Shown here: piece after piece, positions 1-13,987 of the stretch
Layout of the letters: every line of letters starts with the position of its first letter
How positions within the stretch are numbered: the stretch's first letter is position 1
Source: Paraspadella gotoi
Taxonomy: Eukaryota; Animalia; Chaetognatha
Length of the DNA stretch: 64,000 bases
Direction: 5' to 3'
Assembly: GCA_051294375.1 (NCBI GenBank)
Contig: CM119265.1
Location: 14,732,963 to 14,796,962 of the forward strand
Notes under the pieces: generated by a model
Told to the model about the DNA's origin: nothing
The model's database searches: none
The model's input: only the letters and a program-made list of their open reading frames with translations
Made by a program: the position numbers and the translations under genes

Positions 1-569
1 AGTAAAACTAATTTGAATGATTGCGATTATTTAAAGTTGGAACTCATGGAGAGAAAGCTTTAAAAATTAAATATAACCGAAAGAAGCATTTGACACGCCC
101 AAAACAAGAACAGAAATATAGAAACTTTTTTCTTAGAAAAATAAAACGGCGTAAATCAATTGAAATAAGCAGCAAATGAATCGACACAATATAGGAAAGG
201 GGGGGGAAGCGGCTTGGGTGGAAAGGAAAAGTGAAAGATCTAAGGGAATGAGAAAAATTGAATCAAATCTTAAAGAAAGGAAAAGGGGGACGAAAAGGAA
301 CGAAGCGCAATAGAGGGAAAGGTTCCGGTAAGTTAACAACGGGAAGGCGGAGGGTGAGGAGAGCCCGGGACGCCGCCGCCTCCAGCTGCGAGAGTCAGTG
401 AAGCAGCGAGCAAGTTGTTGTAAGTCGCGGCTTCGAGTCGACTGCCCATGAAAAAACGAGTCTGCTTCTTACGGCCAGAGAGAAATCGGGTGAAAACAGA
501 GGGAGGAAGGAAGGCCGCTCTGGTGGGATTGGTTGTCCCTGCTGTCCGCACAATTTCAGACTCCCCCCA

Positions 570-618
<49 letters not shown>

Positions 619-1124
619 TCCCTGTGGGTGTGTAAAGAGAGAGAGAGCGAGAGAAAGAGAGAATGAAATCACAAACCAAGAGAGTTTAATTTTGCAGCAA
701 TAATTCACTCGGTGGCGGCCAAGCAAGCCCTTGACAGAGGCGTGACGGCGGCGGCGGTGGCGGGCGGTGGCAATGGTGGCGGGCGGCGGCGACGGCGTCG
801 GCGGTTTTTTTTAAAAGTAAAGGTGGTTCGAAGGCATTGGTGGTCGTCTTGCTGTCGCTGATTTTTGTTACAGTTGAGGGTCTTAAACGGATCGCGAATG
901 GAAAGAGTTGTAAGCGACGGACTCGTTGGTGGTGCCGATTAAGAGGGTGGTTTGGGTGGAAGCGATGGAGGCTGCGGAGGCGATGTTGTTGATTTTGTTC
1001 TCGGGCGCTTTGGCGGCGGCCGAAGCGGCTGGAGCGGCGAAGGCGGCAGAGAGGCGTGCGGCTGAGGCTCTGGATTCCCTCCACGGGCTTTTAATGCCCA
1101 AAGGAATTGAAAAAAAAAGGGGGG

Positions 1125-1203
<79 letters not shown>

Positions 1204-2307
1204 GAGGAGAGAGAGAAAGAGAGTGAGAGTGAGAGTGAGAGATGAGTGAGAGTGGGAGAGAAGAGAGTAGAGAGAGCAGAGAGAGATGTTTAGGAACGAG
1301 AGAGAGGGAGAGGTCGATTTTGTTACGTAGAGTCAGAAAGAGGGTGGAAGAGAGAAAAACGTCAAAGAGAACAAGAAAAGAGAAGAGAAAATTAGTTATA
1401 TAATTAATTTTAATTATTCATATAGAATTATCTTTTTTTTCTTCTCAATTCAGTTTTTTGTTCCTTTTATTTTCCCTATTTCCCTTTTTCTTCGATTTTT
1501 ACTTTCTTTCTTTCTTTCTTTTTCTTTCTTTCTTTCTTTTTCTTTCTTTCCCTTAATTTTTTTTCCTTTCTTTTTTCCCCCGTCTTTCTCTCCGCTCCCT
1601 TAAACCTCGGGTCTCCGTCGCTTTTCCATGTTCTGCCTGATTGATTGCAATAATGATGATGAATCCAATCAATCAGAACCCGGAAACAAATGGCATCACA
1701 TTTTCGCGCCGCTCAGGTTGCGGCGGCGGCTGCGACGGCCGCGCCGGCGACGGCCTGCCGCGGAGTATGGCTGCGGCGTGAGCGAATTGGAGGCGGGTAT
1801 TATTAGGGAAAGGGGGGGGCTTAGCGAGTCTCGTTCGGTTCGTAATTCGGTTTATGTTTGTTATTAGTATTACCATTTCTATAATTTTATAACTGCGTAA
1901 TAATTCCTACTAAGTACGGAGGAAATTCTTTTTTTAGCCCAAGTCTCGACGCATTTTGGAAATTCTTTCCGCGTCGGCATAATTTCTCTTCGGATGATTG
2001 AGTTTCGCGAATTCGAATTCATTAAGAAATTGGGGGGTGGGGGATGGGGGATGAATGAGGCGAAGGGGGAGATTGGGAGTAAAGGGAGGAAGTGAGGTGA
2101 TAACGGCGTCGGCGGTTAACAAGTAATGCGGTGAAATACCGAGAATTTGAAAGGTAAAACTTTGAATATAGGTATTTAGTATTTTTTACGTAGATTTACA
2201 TTCGAATATATATGTTGGAAGAAAAGAACACGAAAGAAGGGGACGAACAGAGAGGGGAGTCGAAATCGGCGTCGGGCGGCCCACTTTTTACATCCAGCTG
2301 ACGTCAT

Positions 2308-2343
<36 letters not shown>
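1..2343 (+). repeat. Third copy of a palindrome-arm segment (direct copy of ~17328-19860, inverted copy of ~7400-9852)
   Basis: The start agtaaaactaatttgaatgattgcg recurs at 17328 and as reverse complement at ~9811-9852. It ends in (TCG)n at a 25-N gap (2344-2368). Confidence 0.93.
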
Positions 2344-4518
2344 NNNNNNNNNNNNNNNNNNNNNNNNNAAAGAGAGAGGATTTCCATTGGGCCCGTCGCT
2401 CCCAGTCGCTCTCCCTTGGCTCCCCTCGACTCTTCTCTGATCTATGGTTCGACTCGCCCAATCTCGAGTGGATGGAAGGGAAGCGGGGCAGTGTGAACTG
2501 CGTATTAAACTGTGACAAAACCGTCATCCCTGGAGGCTAAAGTAGACACCCCGGCCGCGTTTTTTTATTTAACGGGACGCAGAAAATAGTGAACATTAGA
2601 GAAGTATTAAAGGAAAATTAAACTGACAGGCGATGAGAAAGAAAAAAAAAGATTGTGATTTTGTTTGGAGACTTTGATTGTGGGCGTGTATTTATGTTTT
2701 ATCTATTATATAGATAGAATTTAATCCAAATTGATTTAATGTATATTTGTCAGTTTAACAGTATTAATATTACTTTCATATGACCTATGCTAAAAAATGT
2801 TAAAATCATCTGAACTTCTCAAGGAATCTGTCGCAGACAGATACAATACTATCCGTGAAACCCAATAAATAAAATATATAAATAATTGAACAACTTCACT
2901 GAATTCGCTCACCCAGTTTCGTCGTCATCGTCCTAAAGCAATGGATTCCTCTACCAAGTATAGCACCTTACCCTTTTGGACCATTATTATTCAACTGAGT
3001 CGGTAATAATACTTTCATGTTGTTCACCGACTCATAGGATAGGTTGGCTATATACTTATTTATTTACTTCCTAGCCAGACTTTGCTCCCCATTGAACTAT
3101 AAGATTGTCGAGAATACCGAGTCCATCTCATGTTTATTATATACTCGTTATCATGCGATATTTACCGTTCCGAGATAAATACTCCGAGACTTCCAAAAGA
3201 ATTCTCGCATTCCGGCCCTGCTAAATTCCTGTCACCTACTCCGAATCATAAGATCTATTGATCGACCTTATATTGGCTCATCTTTTCCGGAAGGTCGCAG
3301 TCGCAAACATATTGACCATAAATCGTCGCGAGAATGGACGAAGAACGGACCGGAACAGAATAGGACATACATCATCACGCACACACGGTATCCTCTTCAT
3401 ATTTTCCAGTTGGACCCGACGTTGACACTTCCAGCGCGAAAGAAGGTCTTTCTCGGCAGCGCGACATTTCCCGGCCAAATAACTTTGTTCCGTCCGAAAT
3501 TGTTAACTAAAGACGCTACTTTTTGTTGATATTACATACGACTGGGCACGACAAATAAAAGTGACGCCTTCGATGTTTGCAGTTGATGGGAGATTTGCAT
3601 CTCTTTCGCGATCCTGGTCTGCTTCAAAGAAGCGTACTTTCCTTCTTTCGATTTTATATGAAATTGGTCACAATGCGTAATACTAAAATTATCCATCATT
3701 TATAAATATGCCCTCACTATATTGCCCCTTTGACTTGGACTAGGCTTGTGTTAAGGCCTTTTCTTGATTTTTTCTACTTCGCGCCCTGCTCCTTCTTCTC
3801 ATACACTGCTCTCGCCGGAAGACATATCTATTCGTGTAAATTAGACGAAACGGATTCGCAGAAACAAAAATTCCATTCGTAATGATGGAGACATATCGAT
3901 GTTTTCGTGCGAAGCGACGAATGGATTCTTGAGCTCAAATGCGGCGACATTCTTAACTGACGTTTAAAATTGGCGCCGTTTTTCGAGCGCGAATCGACGG
4001 GCGGAAACCAACTCGAGCACACAGCAAATAATTCTACGTGCAATAGAATCATATTTCGGGCATTGACAGTAAGCAAATGTATATTAAGAATCGGAAAATG
4101 AGCGAATTATCGTTGGACGCTGCAATTTCGTAGCATGTTTTTAAATATTAATACAGTATACTAACAGCTATTAAACATCAATAAATATCGGCAGACATTT
4201 CGTGGTCAACAACCAAACGCCGGCGATCGAATGAAATTATGACATCAAAAAGAAGCGAAGTTTGTGTCTTCGTTTTGGTTTTTTTTCTTTTTGCTTCCTC
4301 TTAGTCTTACTTTTCTTCCACTCGGAAAAATCTGAGCAGCGACGCTCCGAGACTCGAAAAGTAATAAACACAAGAAATTTCTAGTTTAACATTGTGTAAA
4401 ACAACGTTTGATCACTAGAGACCTCATGTTCGTTCTACAGCGGTTCTCGTTTTGATTATATTAATTCTGGAGAAAGAGCGAACGAGAGAGGGAGAGGAGA
4501 GGAGCAGAGAGAGACGAG

Positions 4519-4559
<41 letters not shown>

Positions 4560-4939
4560 CGAGAGATGAGAGAGACGAGAGAGACAAGCGAGACGATAAT
4601 TTAAATTAGTGTCTCACCAATAAAGCGATGAGCCCGAAACGGCGAGCGAAGACGAAACTCTGGACGCAAATGATTTAATTGTATGAACTATTTATATCGA
4701 TTCGCACTGCTGCCGTCGGCGATTCTTTCCTGGTGGCACTTCGTAATGCCAATCTAGCCATTTTGGAATATTAAAAAAATCAGCGGGGGGCGTTACACGA
4801 GACATACAAGACCGAGGACCGAGATAATTAATATTGGAAAACCCATAGGGTTAACTTCTTAAGAAAAATATATTTAAATTTACCGCAAATGACGTTTACC
4901 TAAGAGGTGAAATCATTAAAAGCTTGTACCTGTGTAGTT

Positions 4940-5105
4940 AATTAATTAAATAATTAAATAATAAATAAATAAATAATAATAAATAAATAAATAAATAAAT
5001 AAAATAAATAAATAAATAATAAATAATAAATAAATAAATAAATTAAATAAATAAATAAATAATATAAATAATAATAATAAAAGTAACTATAAATAAATAA
5101 ATTAA
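4940..5105. repeat. (AAAT)n microsatellite
   Basis: Direct reading of the sequence. Confidence 0.9.
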
Positions 5106-6088
5106 CTTATTGATATCGGGCAAGCGCGACTGAAGTGAAAAAACGAAGTCGTTTGCCCAAGGCAAATGAGACGGCGAAAAACCACAAAAGGATGAAATTT
5201 CCGCCGTCTGCCTCCGGAACTCGCGCCTTTTTTTTCTCGTCCCACTACAACATATGTAAGTCGCCACCTTTTCTCGGTTTGACCTTTGACTCGTCGTCGT
5301 CGTTGTCGTCGTCGTGGTCGACTCGCCGCTGTGACTCGAAGTCAGAACAGCCAATAACACGTCTTGCCCTGCGCGAGAAAACTGAGATCGGAGAGAGAAA
5401 CTGAGATGGCGAGGCGCGGGGGGGTGAGAAGAGAGAGAGAGAGAGAGAGAGAAGAGGAGAGAGAGAGGGATGGAGGGAGAGAGAGAAGGGAAGAGGGCCA
5501 TACAATAGACGCTTTTTTCTTAATTAGTCGACTTCCCGTTTTTTTTTGTCATAAATCTCGTAAATCAAAAAAAGACGATAAGAAAGAATTTTTTTTTTTG
5601 GGGGGGGGCGTCTGGCCCTATCGCCATTCCCACTAAAATGTCAACAGAGATAGTAAACTTCTTTCACCGGAACCTATATATGATAATTTTAGTTCCGTAT
5701 GTAATTAACTTCTTTTTTTTAACCAAACTAAAAAAAAATAGGAATTCTCGATTAATTTTTGTCGCCAAAGTCATCTTAAACTTCTACTCTGAGGTCTGTT
5801 TTTTTGTGGTTTCTTTTTGTTCTTCTTTTTGTATAAATGTTAATTCCCTTTTTTGTTGCTTTTTTCCCATTTTTTTGTATTTCTTTGTCTTTCATAGTCG
5901 CGGGGACCCGTCAGAGAAGTCAATCCCACAGGAAAAAAAAATGAAAAAAATGAATAGATTTCCTTCATTTTTTTTTTCGGGTAAAAATGGATGGCTTTTT
6001 TTGATGATGGGATTAAAGGGATCAAGCCGCCCCTCATCGCCTCCCGCCCCCCGAAGTCAACCCTCGAAAGAAAAGAGAGAGAGAGGAG

Positions 6089-6149
<61 letters not shown>

Positions 6150-6436
6150 CTCTCCCTCGCCTCAGGGTCTGACATCGAGAGAGGGCAGACGGATTATCTC
6201 AATTCCTTTTTTTCCTTTTTTCTTTTTATCTTTTTCAACGCTATTAAAAAAATGAAAGAAGTCTTGCTCTGACACGTCTGCATCAATTTTTTAAAATTTA
6301 TTGTAATTAATTAATCAATTAATTAATTATCTAATTCGTTTTGTAATAGTTACAAATAACAACTGTACAATCGTTACTTTTCAAGACAAGTCTGCACTAG
6401 TTTAAAACATCGCTCTCTCTCTCTCTCTCTCTCTCT

Positions 6437-6490
<54 letters not shown>

Positions 6491-9226
6491 CCCCTTGCAG
6501 TTTGCTTCCTCACTTTTTTTCCCTCTCCTTTTATCCTCCGCATTCCTTTATGCCTGCACTAAATCAACGGCAATGACTTTTCCCCTTCTTCCCTTTATTC
6601 TCTCGGACGCCGCCTTCGCCACCGCCTCTACCGCTGGCTTTCCCGGCGGCGCAAGTCCACCCTCCTACCCGCGCCGCGCCTTCGACGTCTGGGGACGCCG
6701 ATTCCGCGCTGAAGGCGCCGCAGCCTCACTCTCCTTACCCTCTCTTCCATCTCCATTTCCGGCCTGCGACGTTTGCGGACTTCGAGGTCGATCACATGCG
6801 CGCGATTGGTAACTCAACTAATGTTTGTACAATGTGTACAATGTAGCAATGTAAATGGCCTGAGATTAAGCATTCTACCAGTGCAGTATCACTGCCCAGA
6901 AAAAATTTAAGTTTTTGAATTTTTCTCGATCGCCGTAAAAATACTTACAAGCTGACAAGTCAAATTCATTTTTCTTGAATTTTTCTTCATAGTTGATAAT
7001 TTTAAATCGCTTTTTTGTCACTTTAAAAACTCCGACTTTTATTACGTGGTTGAAAAAGACTCTTTTAGTTGGGAATTGAAAAACGCAGGGTGGAACCCCA
7101 CCAATTCATTCCGATCGATATGACTCGATGACGAAATCGTTGATAAACAAATTAAGTTTGTCAGAAATCGTACTCCAACTTACCACAATTTACCCACTCC
7201 AACCACACCCAAGACCCACCAAAGAATCTGAGGGAGAAAAAAAGAAATGTTCTCTCTTTCGCTTCTTTCTTCTTTCTCCGGATTGAATCTCGTTTCTCTG
7301 GCGAAGAAATATTATCTGTCATCAGCTTCGCGGATTTTCTTAATCATTCCGCCAGCCGCTGAGCGACGAGCGGACCGAGGGCAGACGACGACGACGGACG
7401 AACGGACGGACGACGGACGGACGACGACGACGAGAGGATGACTGCCGAATGCGTCAGCTGGATGTAAAAAGTTGCGGCCGCCCAACGCCGATTTCGACTC
7501 CCCTCTCTGTCGTCCCCTTCTCTTGTGTTCTTTTCTTCCAACATATATATTCGAATGTAAAAATTCTACTAAAAAAATACTAAATACTATATTTCAAAGT
7601 TTTACCTTCAATTCTTCGGTATTTCATAACAACGCATAACTTGTTAACGCGCCGACGCCGTTATCACCTCACTTCCTCCTTTACTCCAATCTCCCCCTTC
7701 GGCCTCATCTCATCCATCCCCCAACCCGCCGGACCCCCCAATTTAATGATTCGAATTCCGCGAAACTCAATCATACCGAGAGAAATTATGCGACGCGGAA
7801 AGAAATTCCAAAATGGCGTCGAGACCTTGGGGTCTAAAAAAGAATTTCCTCCGTACTTAGTTAGAATTATTTACGGGCAGTTATAAAATTATAGAAAATG
7901 GTAAATTATAATAACAAACATTAACCGAATTACGGAACCGAACGAGGACTCGCTAAGCCCCCCCCCCTCCGCGTTTCCCTAATAATACCCGCCTCCAATT
8001 CGCTCAACGCGCGCGCCGGAGCCATACTCCGCGGCAGCGTCCGCCGCTCGCCGGCTGGCGGCCAGTCGCAGCCGCCGCCGCAACCTGAGCGGCGCGAAAA
8101 GTGATGCCATTTGTTCCGGGTTTCTGGATTGATTGGATTCATCATCATTATTTGCAATCAATCCAGGCCCAGAACATGAAAGAGCGAACGTGAGAGCCGA
8201 TGTGTTTAAGGGAAAGCGGAGAGAAAGACGTGGAGAAAAAGAAATGGAAAAAATTAAGGAAAGAAAGAAAAGAAAGAAAAAGAAAAATAAAGAAAAGAAA
8301 GAAAGAAAGTAAAAAATCGCTAGAGTAAAAAGGGGAATAGGGAAATAAAAAGGATAAAAAACTGCCAATTGAAGGAAGAAAAAAAGATAATTCTAGTATG
8401 AATAATTTAAATTAATTATATAACTAATTTTCTCTTCTCTGTTTCCTCCTTGTCTCCTCTCTTGACTTTTCCTCTCCACCCTCTTTCTCGCATCCTACGT
8501 AAACAAAATGCGACCTCTCCCTCTCTCTCGTTCCCTTAACATCCTACTCTCTTCTCTCTCTACTTCCACTCCTCTACTCTCTCTCCTCTCTTTCTCTCTC
8601 TCTCTCTCTATCTCTCTCTCTTCTCTCATCTCTCTCTCTCTCTCTCGTCTCTCTCTCTCTCTCTCTCCTCTCTCTCTTCTCCTCCCCCCTTTTATTTCAA
8701 TTCCTTTGGGATTAAAGCCGGGAGGGAATCCAGACGCCTCAGCCGCCTCTGCCGCCTCCCGTCGCCGCTCCCAGCCGCTTCGGCCGCCGCCAAAGCGCCC
8801 GAGAACAAATCAACAAACATCCGCCTTCCGCAGCCTCCATCGACATTCACACCAAACACCCTCTTAATCGGGCACACCACGAGTCCGTCGCTTACAACCT
8901 CTTTCATTCGCGATCCGTTTAAGACCTCAACCTGTAACAAAAATCAGCGACAGCAAGACGACCCACCCAATGCCTTTCCGAACCACCTTTCACTTTTAAA
9001 AAAACCGCCGAACGCCGTCCGCCGCCGCCCGCCACGCATTGCACCAGCCGCCCCGCCGCCGCCGTCACGCCTCATGTCAAGCGCTTGCTTGGCCGCACCG
9101 AGTGAATTATTGCTGCAAAATTAAATCTCTTGGTTTGTGATTTCATTCTCTCTTTCTCTCGCTCTCTCTCTCTTTACACACCACAGGGAAGGGAGAGAGA
9201 GAGACAGACGAGAGAGAGAGAAGAGA

Positions 9227-9277
<51 letters not shown>

Positions 9278-11179
9278 TGGGGGGAGTTGAAATTTGCGGA
9301 AGCAGTGGACACCAATCCACCAGAGCGGCCTTACCTTCCTCCTCTGTTTTCACCGATTTCTTCTGGCCGTAAGAAGCAGCACTCGTTTTTTCATGGGCAG
9401 CGAACTGAAAGCCGCGGACTCTACAACACTTGCTCGCTGCTTCACTGCACTCTCGCAGCTGGAGGCGCGGCGTCCCGGGCCTTCTCCTCAACCCTCCCGC
9501 TTCCCGTTTGTTAACCTTACCCAACTTTCCTCTATGCGCTTCGTTCCCTTGTTCGTCCCCTTTCCTTTCTTTACGCCAATCCTCTTCCAATTTTTCTTCA
9601 TTCGCTTGATCTTTCACTTTTCCTTTCCCCCCAAGCCGCTCCCCCCTTCCTATATGTGTGTCGATTCATTTGCTGCTTATTTCAACTTCGCCATTTACGC
9701 CGTTTTATTTTTCTAAAGAAAAAAAGTTTCTATATTTCTGTTCTTGTTTTGGGCGTGTCAAATGCTTTCTTCGGTATATTTAATTTTTTAAAGCTTCTCT
9801 TCCATGAGTTCCCAACTTTAAATAATCGCAATCATTCAATTAAGTTTTTACTTCGTTTGTACGCTATTTATTTTATAATTGCTTTTGTTCTTGTGTTGTA
9901 GTCGATTTTGTTTGGGCTCCTTCGTTGACGTTGGTCGGTCGGTTGTTCGTTCTTTTTTCCACTCCTTGTCTTACCTTTTTATCTCTGAGCTTTACACTTT
10001 AAACTCACTCATTCCCATCGTCGCCTTCGTGACTGGGGTTGAGACCTTAACACCTTTGCACTTAATCTTGAAATCCTCTGAAGCGAGGAAGGCCGCTTGT
10101 TGCCAGCGCCGCCAGCTTTCCGCCGCCGATCCACCCGCTGCCTTGCTGCCTCCTTTTCCTTCTTCTCGTGTTACTGCTTCTGCCGATGAGAGGAATCAAT
10201 TCTTTCCTAGTGTTTTACTTTCAAGACTTTGTTGTCAAATTTTAAATCAAATTAATAATTTGCCGATTTGGTCCGATATTAAAATCAGTGGAACGAGAGC
10301 GAAGAGCCGGCTTTTCCTTTTTCTCTCTCTTGTTTTCAATCTCAATCTTTCTATCGATTCTTAAATTGATTTTCCTCTTTCACAATCTGTTTCATTCTAA
10401 ATCTCTTACCCTTATTTTATTTTTCTTTCTCTTCCACCTTTATTCAACACCGCTCCACTTCATTTAATCTCCATCACATCCAAATCTCCAACCAGTCGGT
10501 TTTTTTTTTCTGCTTACAATGCCTCCCTCCCCACCCAGTTCAGACTCCACCCCACTCAACCACCGCCCCCCTGAACCGCCGAGAGAGAGATTAAAACCTT
10601 TAAATCTTGCCCGTTTATTTCCCCTATTTATCACCGCCAAAGTCGCGACCGCGAAGCCTTAACCACCGCTTTATGTTCGCGCCTCGGACTCGAGGCGTCG
10701 TCGTCGTCGTCGTCTGTCTCATCACTGCCTTTCTCGATATCACGTTTGTCACGGCGACATTTTCCTAAGATTTTTCCTTTTTTTTCGGTGGGGGGTGTAA
10801 AGACTCGACCGACATTCCCGCGTCTCTCATGAACCGCGGTTCAATGTTGGCAGCGCCTGGCAATGCCAGGCCAAAACCGGGAATATCGGGGCAATGCCTG
10901 CAAAGGCCGGACATTGGCGGGCAATGGCCGGGCAAGACGGGCTAATCGTGGGGCGTTACTCCGTCGACCATTCCACTCTTGGCGGCGATCAGCCTTGACC
11001 CAATGAGCCCACGTCGCCTTCGGTGATTTAACCGCCTCGTTTTCTTTCTCGCCCTTTTCGACCTTACCCGCCATCGTTTCCCGTCTCGCCCCGACTCGTT
11101 TAACCCACCGCTGAACCTCGCCCGCGGAAAAAAAAAACACCTTACCTGACTCTGCCCACTCTTGATCAACGGCAACGAA

Positions 11180-11290
11180 CCACCAATCTACCCAAAACGC
11201 AACGTCCTCAAAAACCACCAATTTAATCACCAATTTAACCACCAATCTACCAAAACCGCCAACCGTCCTCAAAACCACCATTTAATCACA
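11180..11290. repeat. ~60 bp tandem duplication (mirror copy at ~15840-15950)
   Basis: ccaccaatctaccaaaac...gtcctcaaaaccacca(a)tttaatcac occurs twice in tandem. Confidence 0.75.
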
Positions 11291-13939
11291 TTGCCGCTTG
11301 CGTAATCGCCCTGACCACCTCATCACCGGGAACCCTTTTTCCCTGCGGCGAACTTACCTAAACCCTGTCCGACGCCTAACATACTCCCTCTACCCTCGGA
11401 CTTAACGGCCAACTTTCTTAATTTTTACTCCAGTTTCCCCAAGATACCACCGGCCGCCACCGCCGCCACGCCCCACCGCCGCAACCGCCACCGCGACGCC
11501 GACCAGTTCTCCTCACCCTGCTGCCATCGTCGCCCGCGCTTCCCGCAATTGACGCCGCCGCCTTCACGGCTCACCCACTAATCCGGTTTTAATCCGCGGT
11601 AGGAGGATTTTTCTCAACATCCGGGCCGAGGTTGACCACTATTGTTATGGCCAAGGGCCGGGAAAAGGGAACGTGGTCGTCGTCGTCGTTCGTCGTCGTC
11701 GTCGAATTCCGCGAATTCGAGCGTATACTAATTTGATTGCAAAGGTGCATTTTTTTAGTGGAAGGAGGTTTGAGAGTTTTTTAATTAAGATAAGGTTGAA
11801 ATTATATTGCTATTTAATTGACTAAGATTATAAATGACTTATGATTATGACTATGATTATGATTATGACTATGACTATTGATTAATAAATTTAATAAATA
11901 GCCCGAAGCCGATATTTAGGGGAAAAGATGCAATAGGACAAGAAGTCAATTTTCAGTGGGTATTTCTTTAATGGCGTAGAATTCATTGCCGCCCCTCTTA
12001 ATTTCTGGAGGTTAATTTTCGCTCGTCTTCCCAATGATCACAATGATCCCGACTCCTTCATCCGAACCTTCGTTTCTTTCTTTGCAAATTCCTTAATTGC
12101 AATTGCAATTGTAGAAAGGGAAGCAACGAAAACAAAAAGCGAGAAAAAATTCATGCTCAAAACCAATCGCCTTCACAGAATCTCCGCTTTTTAGCTTTTT
12201 TCGTCTTCATCGTCGTTTTCTTCCTTCCTCTCCTTAAAATTCTTATTTACTTCGGGCGACTTCACAGCTGCCGCCGCCGCCGCCGCCGCCGCCGCCGCGC
12301 GCCCTGCCGCCGCCTCCCCCACCGCCGCCGCAACACCCGTTTTTCACGATTCGTAAATTTTTTTTTCCGACGGGTTTTTTTGGCGTCGTTTACGTCTTAA
12401 GTCGGTTTCTCTCTGCGTCATTTCATTTCGCCGTCGTTTTTGGGTCATTTCGTTTCTTTCGGCGTTTTGTGCGTCATTTCCGTTTGCGTCGCGGTTTTTG
12501 TGCATATTTCCCGGTGCGACTTTCAATGGCTAATTTCGTTTTTTCCCCCGAAAGGAGATGAGTGTAACTGGGGACTGGGGAAGGGAGGAAAAAGGGAAAG
12601 AGGGAGAGAGAGAGAAGACGACGGGGAAAAAAAAAAACGAGGTTGAATTTTTTTAAAAAACTTTTAAAAGGAATACAAAAAATGCTCAATTTGCTTGTCA
12701 AAAAGGTTTTATAACAGCGAGAAAAAAAACTGTTTATTAAAAGAAAAGAAACTTTTTAAACTTTCGATGGTTTTTTTCTTCAGTAAAATTTAAAATGTTT
12801 TAACATCTTCACTGTTCACTAAATACAGAAAGACCTTGAAAGAAAATATTTGAATAGAAATATTAAATTTGAAAAAATGGGAAGAAAACGGTAAGGAAAG
12901 TAGACTAATCTAAAAGTGGATAATATTGAATTAAAAGATGAAACTGAAATCTGAAATTTAATATTGAACAGCAACAAAAAGTAGACAGAAAAGGAAAAGA
13001 GAAAGAACAGCGAGAGACACTGTGGGAGAGAGAAAGCTGAAAACAGAGAGAGAGAAGGAGAGAGAGAGAGAGAGGAGGAAGAGAGAGAAAGAGAGAGAGA
13101 GAGAGAGAGCGAAAGAAGTGATTTCCGGTGCTGCAAACGGAATTGGTTCGTTGTCGGCTTCAACTGCTCACCCCTTGAAAACCGACTCTGACAAGGTCAA
13201 GCACATCTGGCCGCTGCCGCGCCGCCGCGCCGGCCGCCTACACTCACCTCCTCAAAAACCCACCCTCTCCCTGGTGAACAACCGCGAGTTGCGCTCGGGA
13301 CCAAACCGGGCAGCCGCTGAGGAACGGTTTTTTTTTTTTTTATGGCTCAAAGGATCTAATCCTAAGGTTCGACCTCGGGCGGCTGGCGGTTCGGCGGCGG
13401 CGGAGATGGCTGGTGTAAAGGCAGTAGCAAGGCTCGGTGTCTCCGACCGACGACGGCAAGGTCATTCTGCGAGGCGTGCACCGACCGGGCGAGACCGCGC
13501 TTTGCCTCGTTGAAAAACTGGGGCGCCGGCGCTGGAGCCGCGGCTCAGCGGCAGCCGACGCCCGCGCGAAGAATGGACCTTTGGCCGTCCGTCGTCGGAG
13601 ACACGAACGTTGTACTGCCTTTTACATCCGCCATCTTCCCGCCGCCGCAACCGCCAGCTCGCCCGAGGTCAACCTTAGATTTAGATCCTTTGAGCCATAA
13701 AAAAAAAACGTTCCTCAGCGGCTGCCGCGGTTTGGCCGCGCAACTCGTGGGGTGTTGTTCAAGCCCAGGGAGAGGGTGGGTTTTTTGAGGAGGTGAGGTG
13801 TAGCGGCGCGGCGGGCGGCGGCGGCGGCAGCGGCAAGATGTGCTTGACCTTGTCAGAGTCGTTTTCAACGGGTGAGCAGTTGAAGCCGAACAACGAACGC
13901 ATTCCGGTGCAGCCAACCGGAAATGCACTTCTTTCGCTG

Positions 13940-13987
<48 letters not shown>

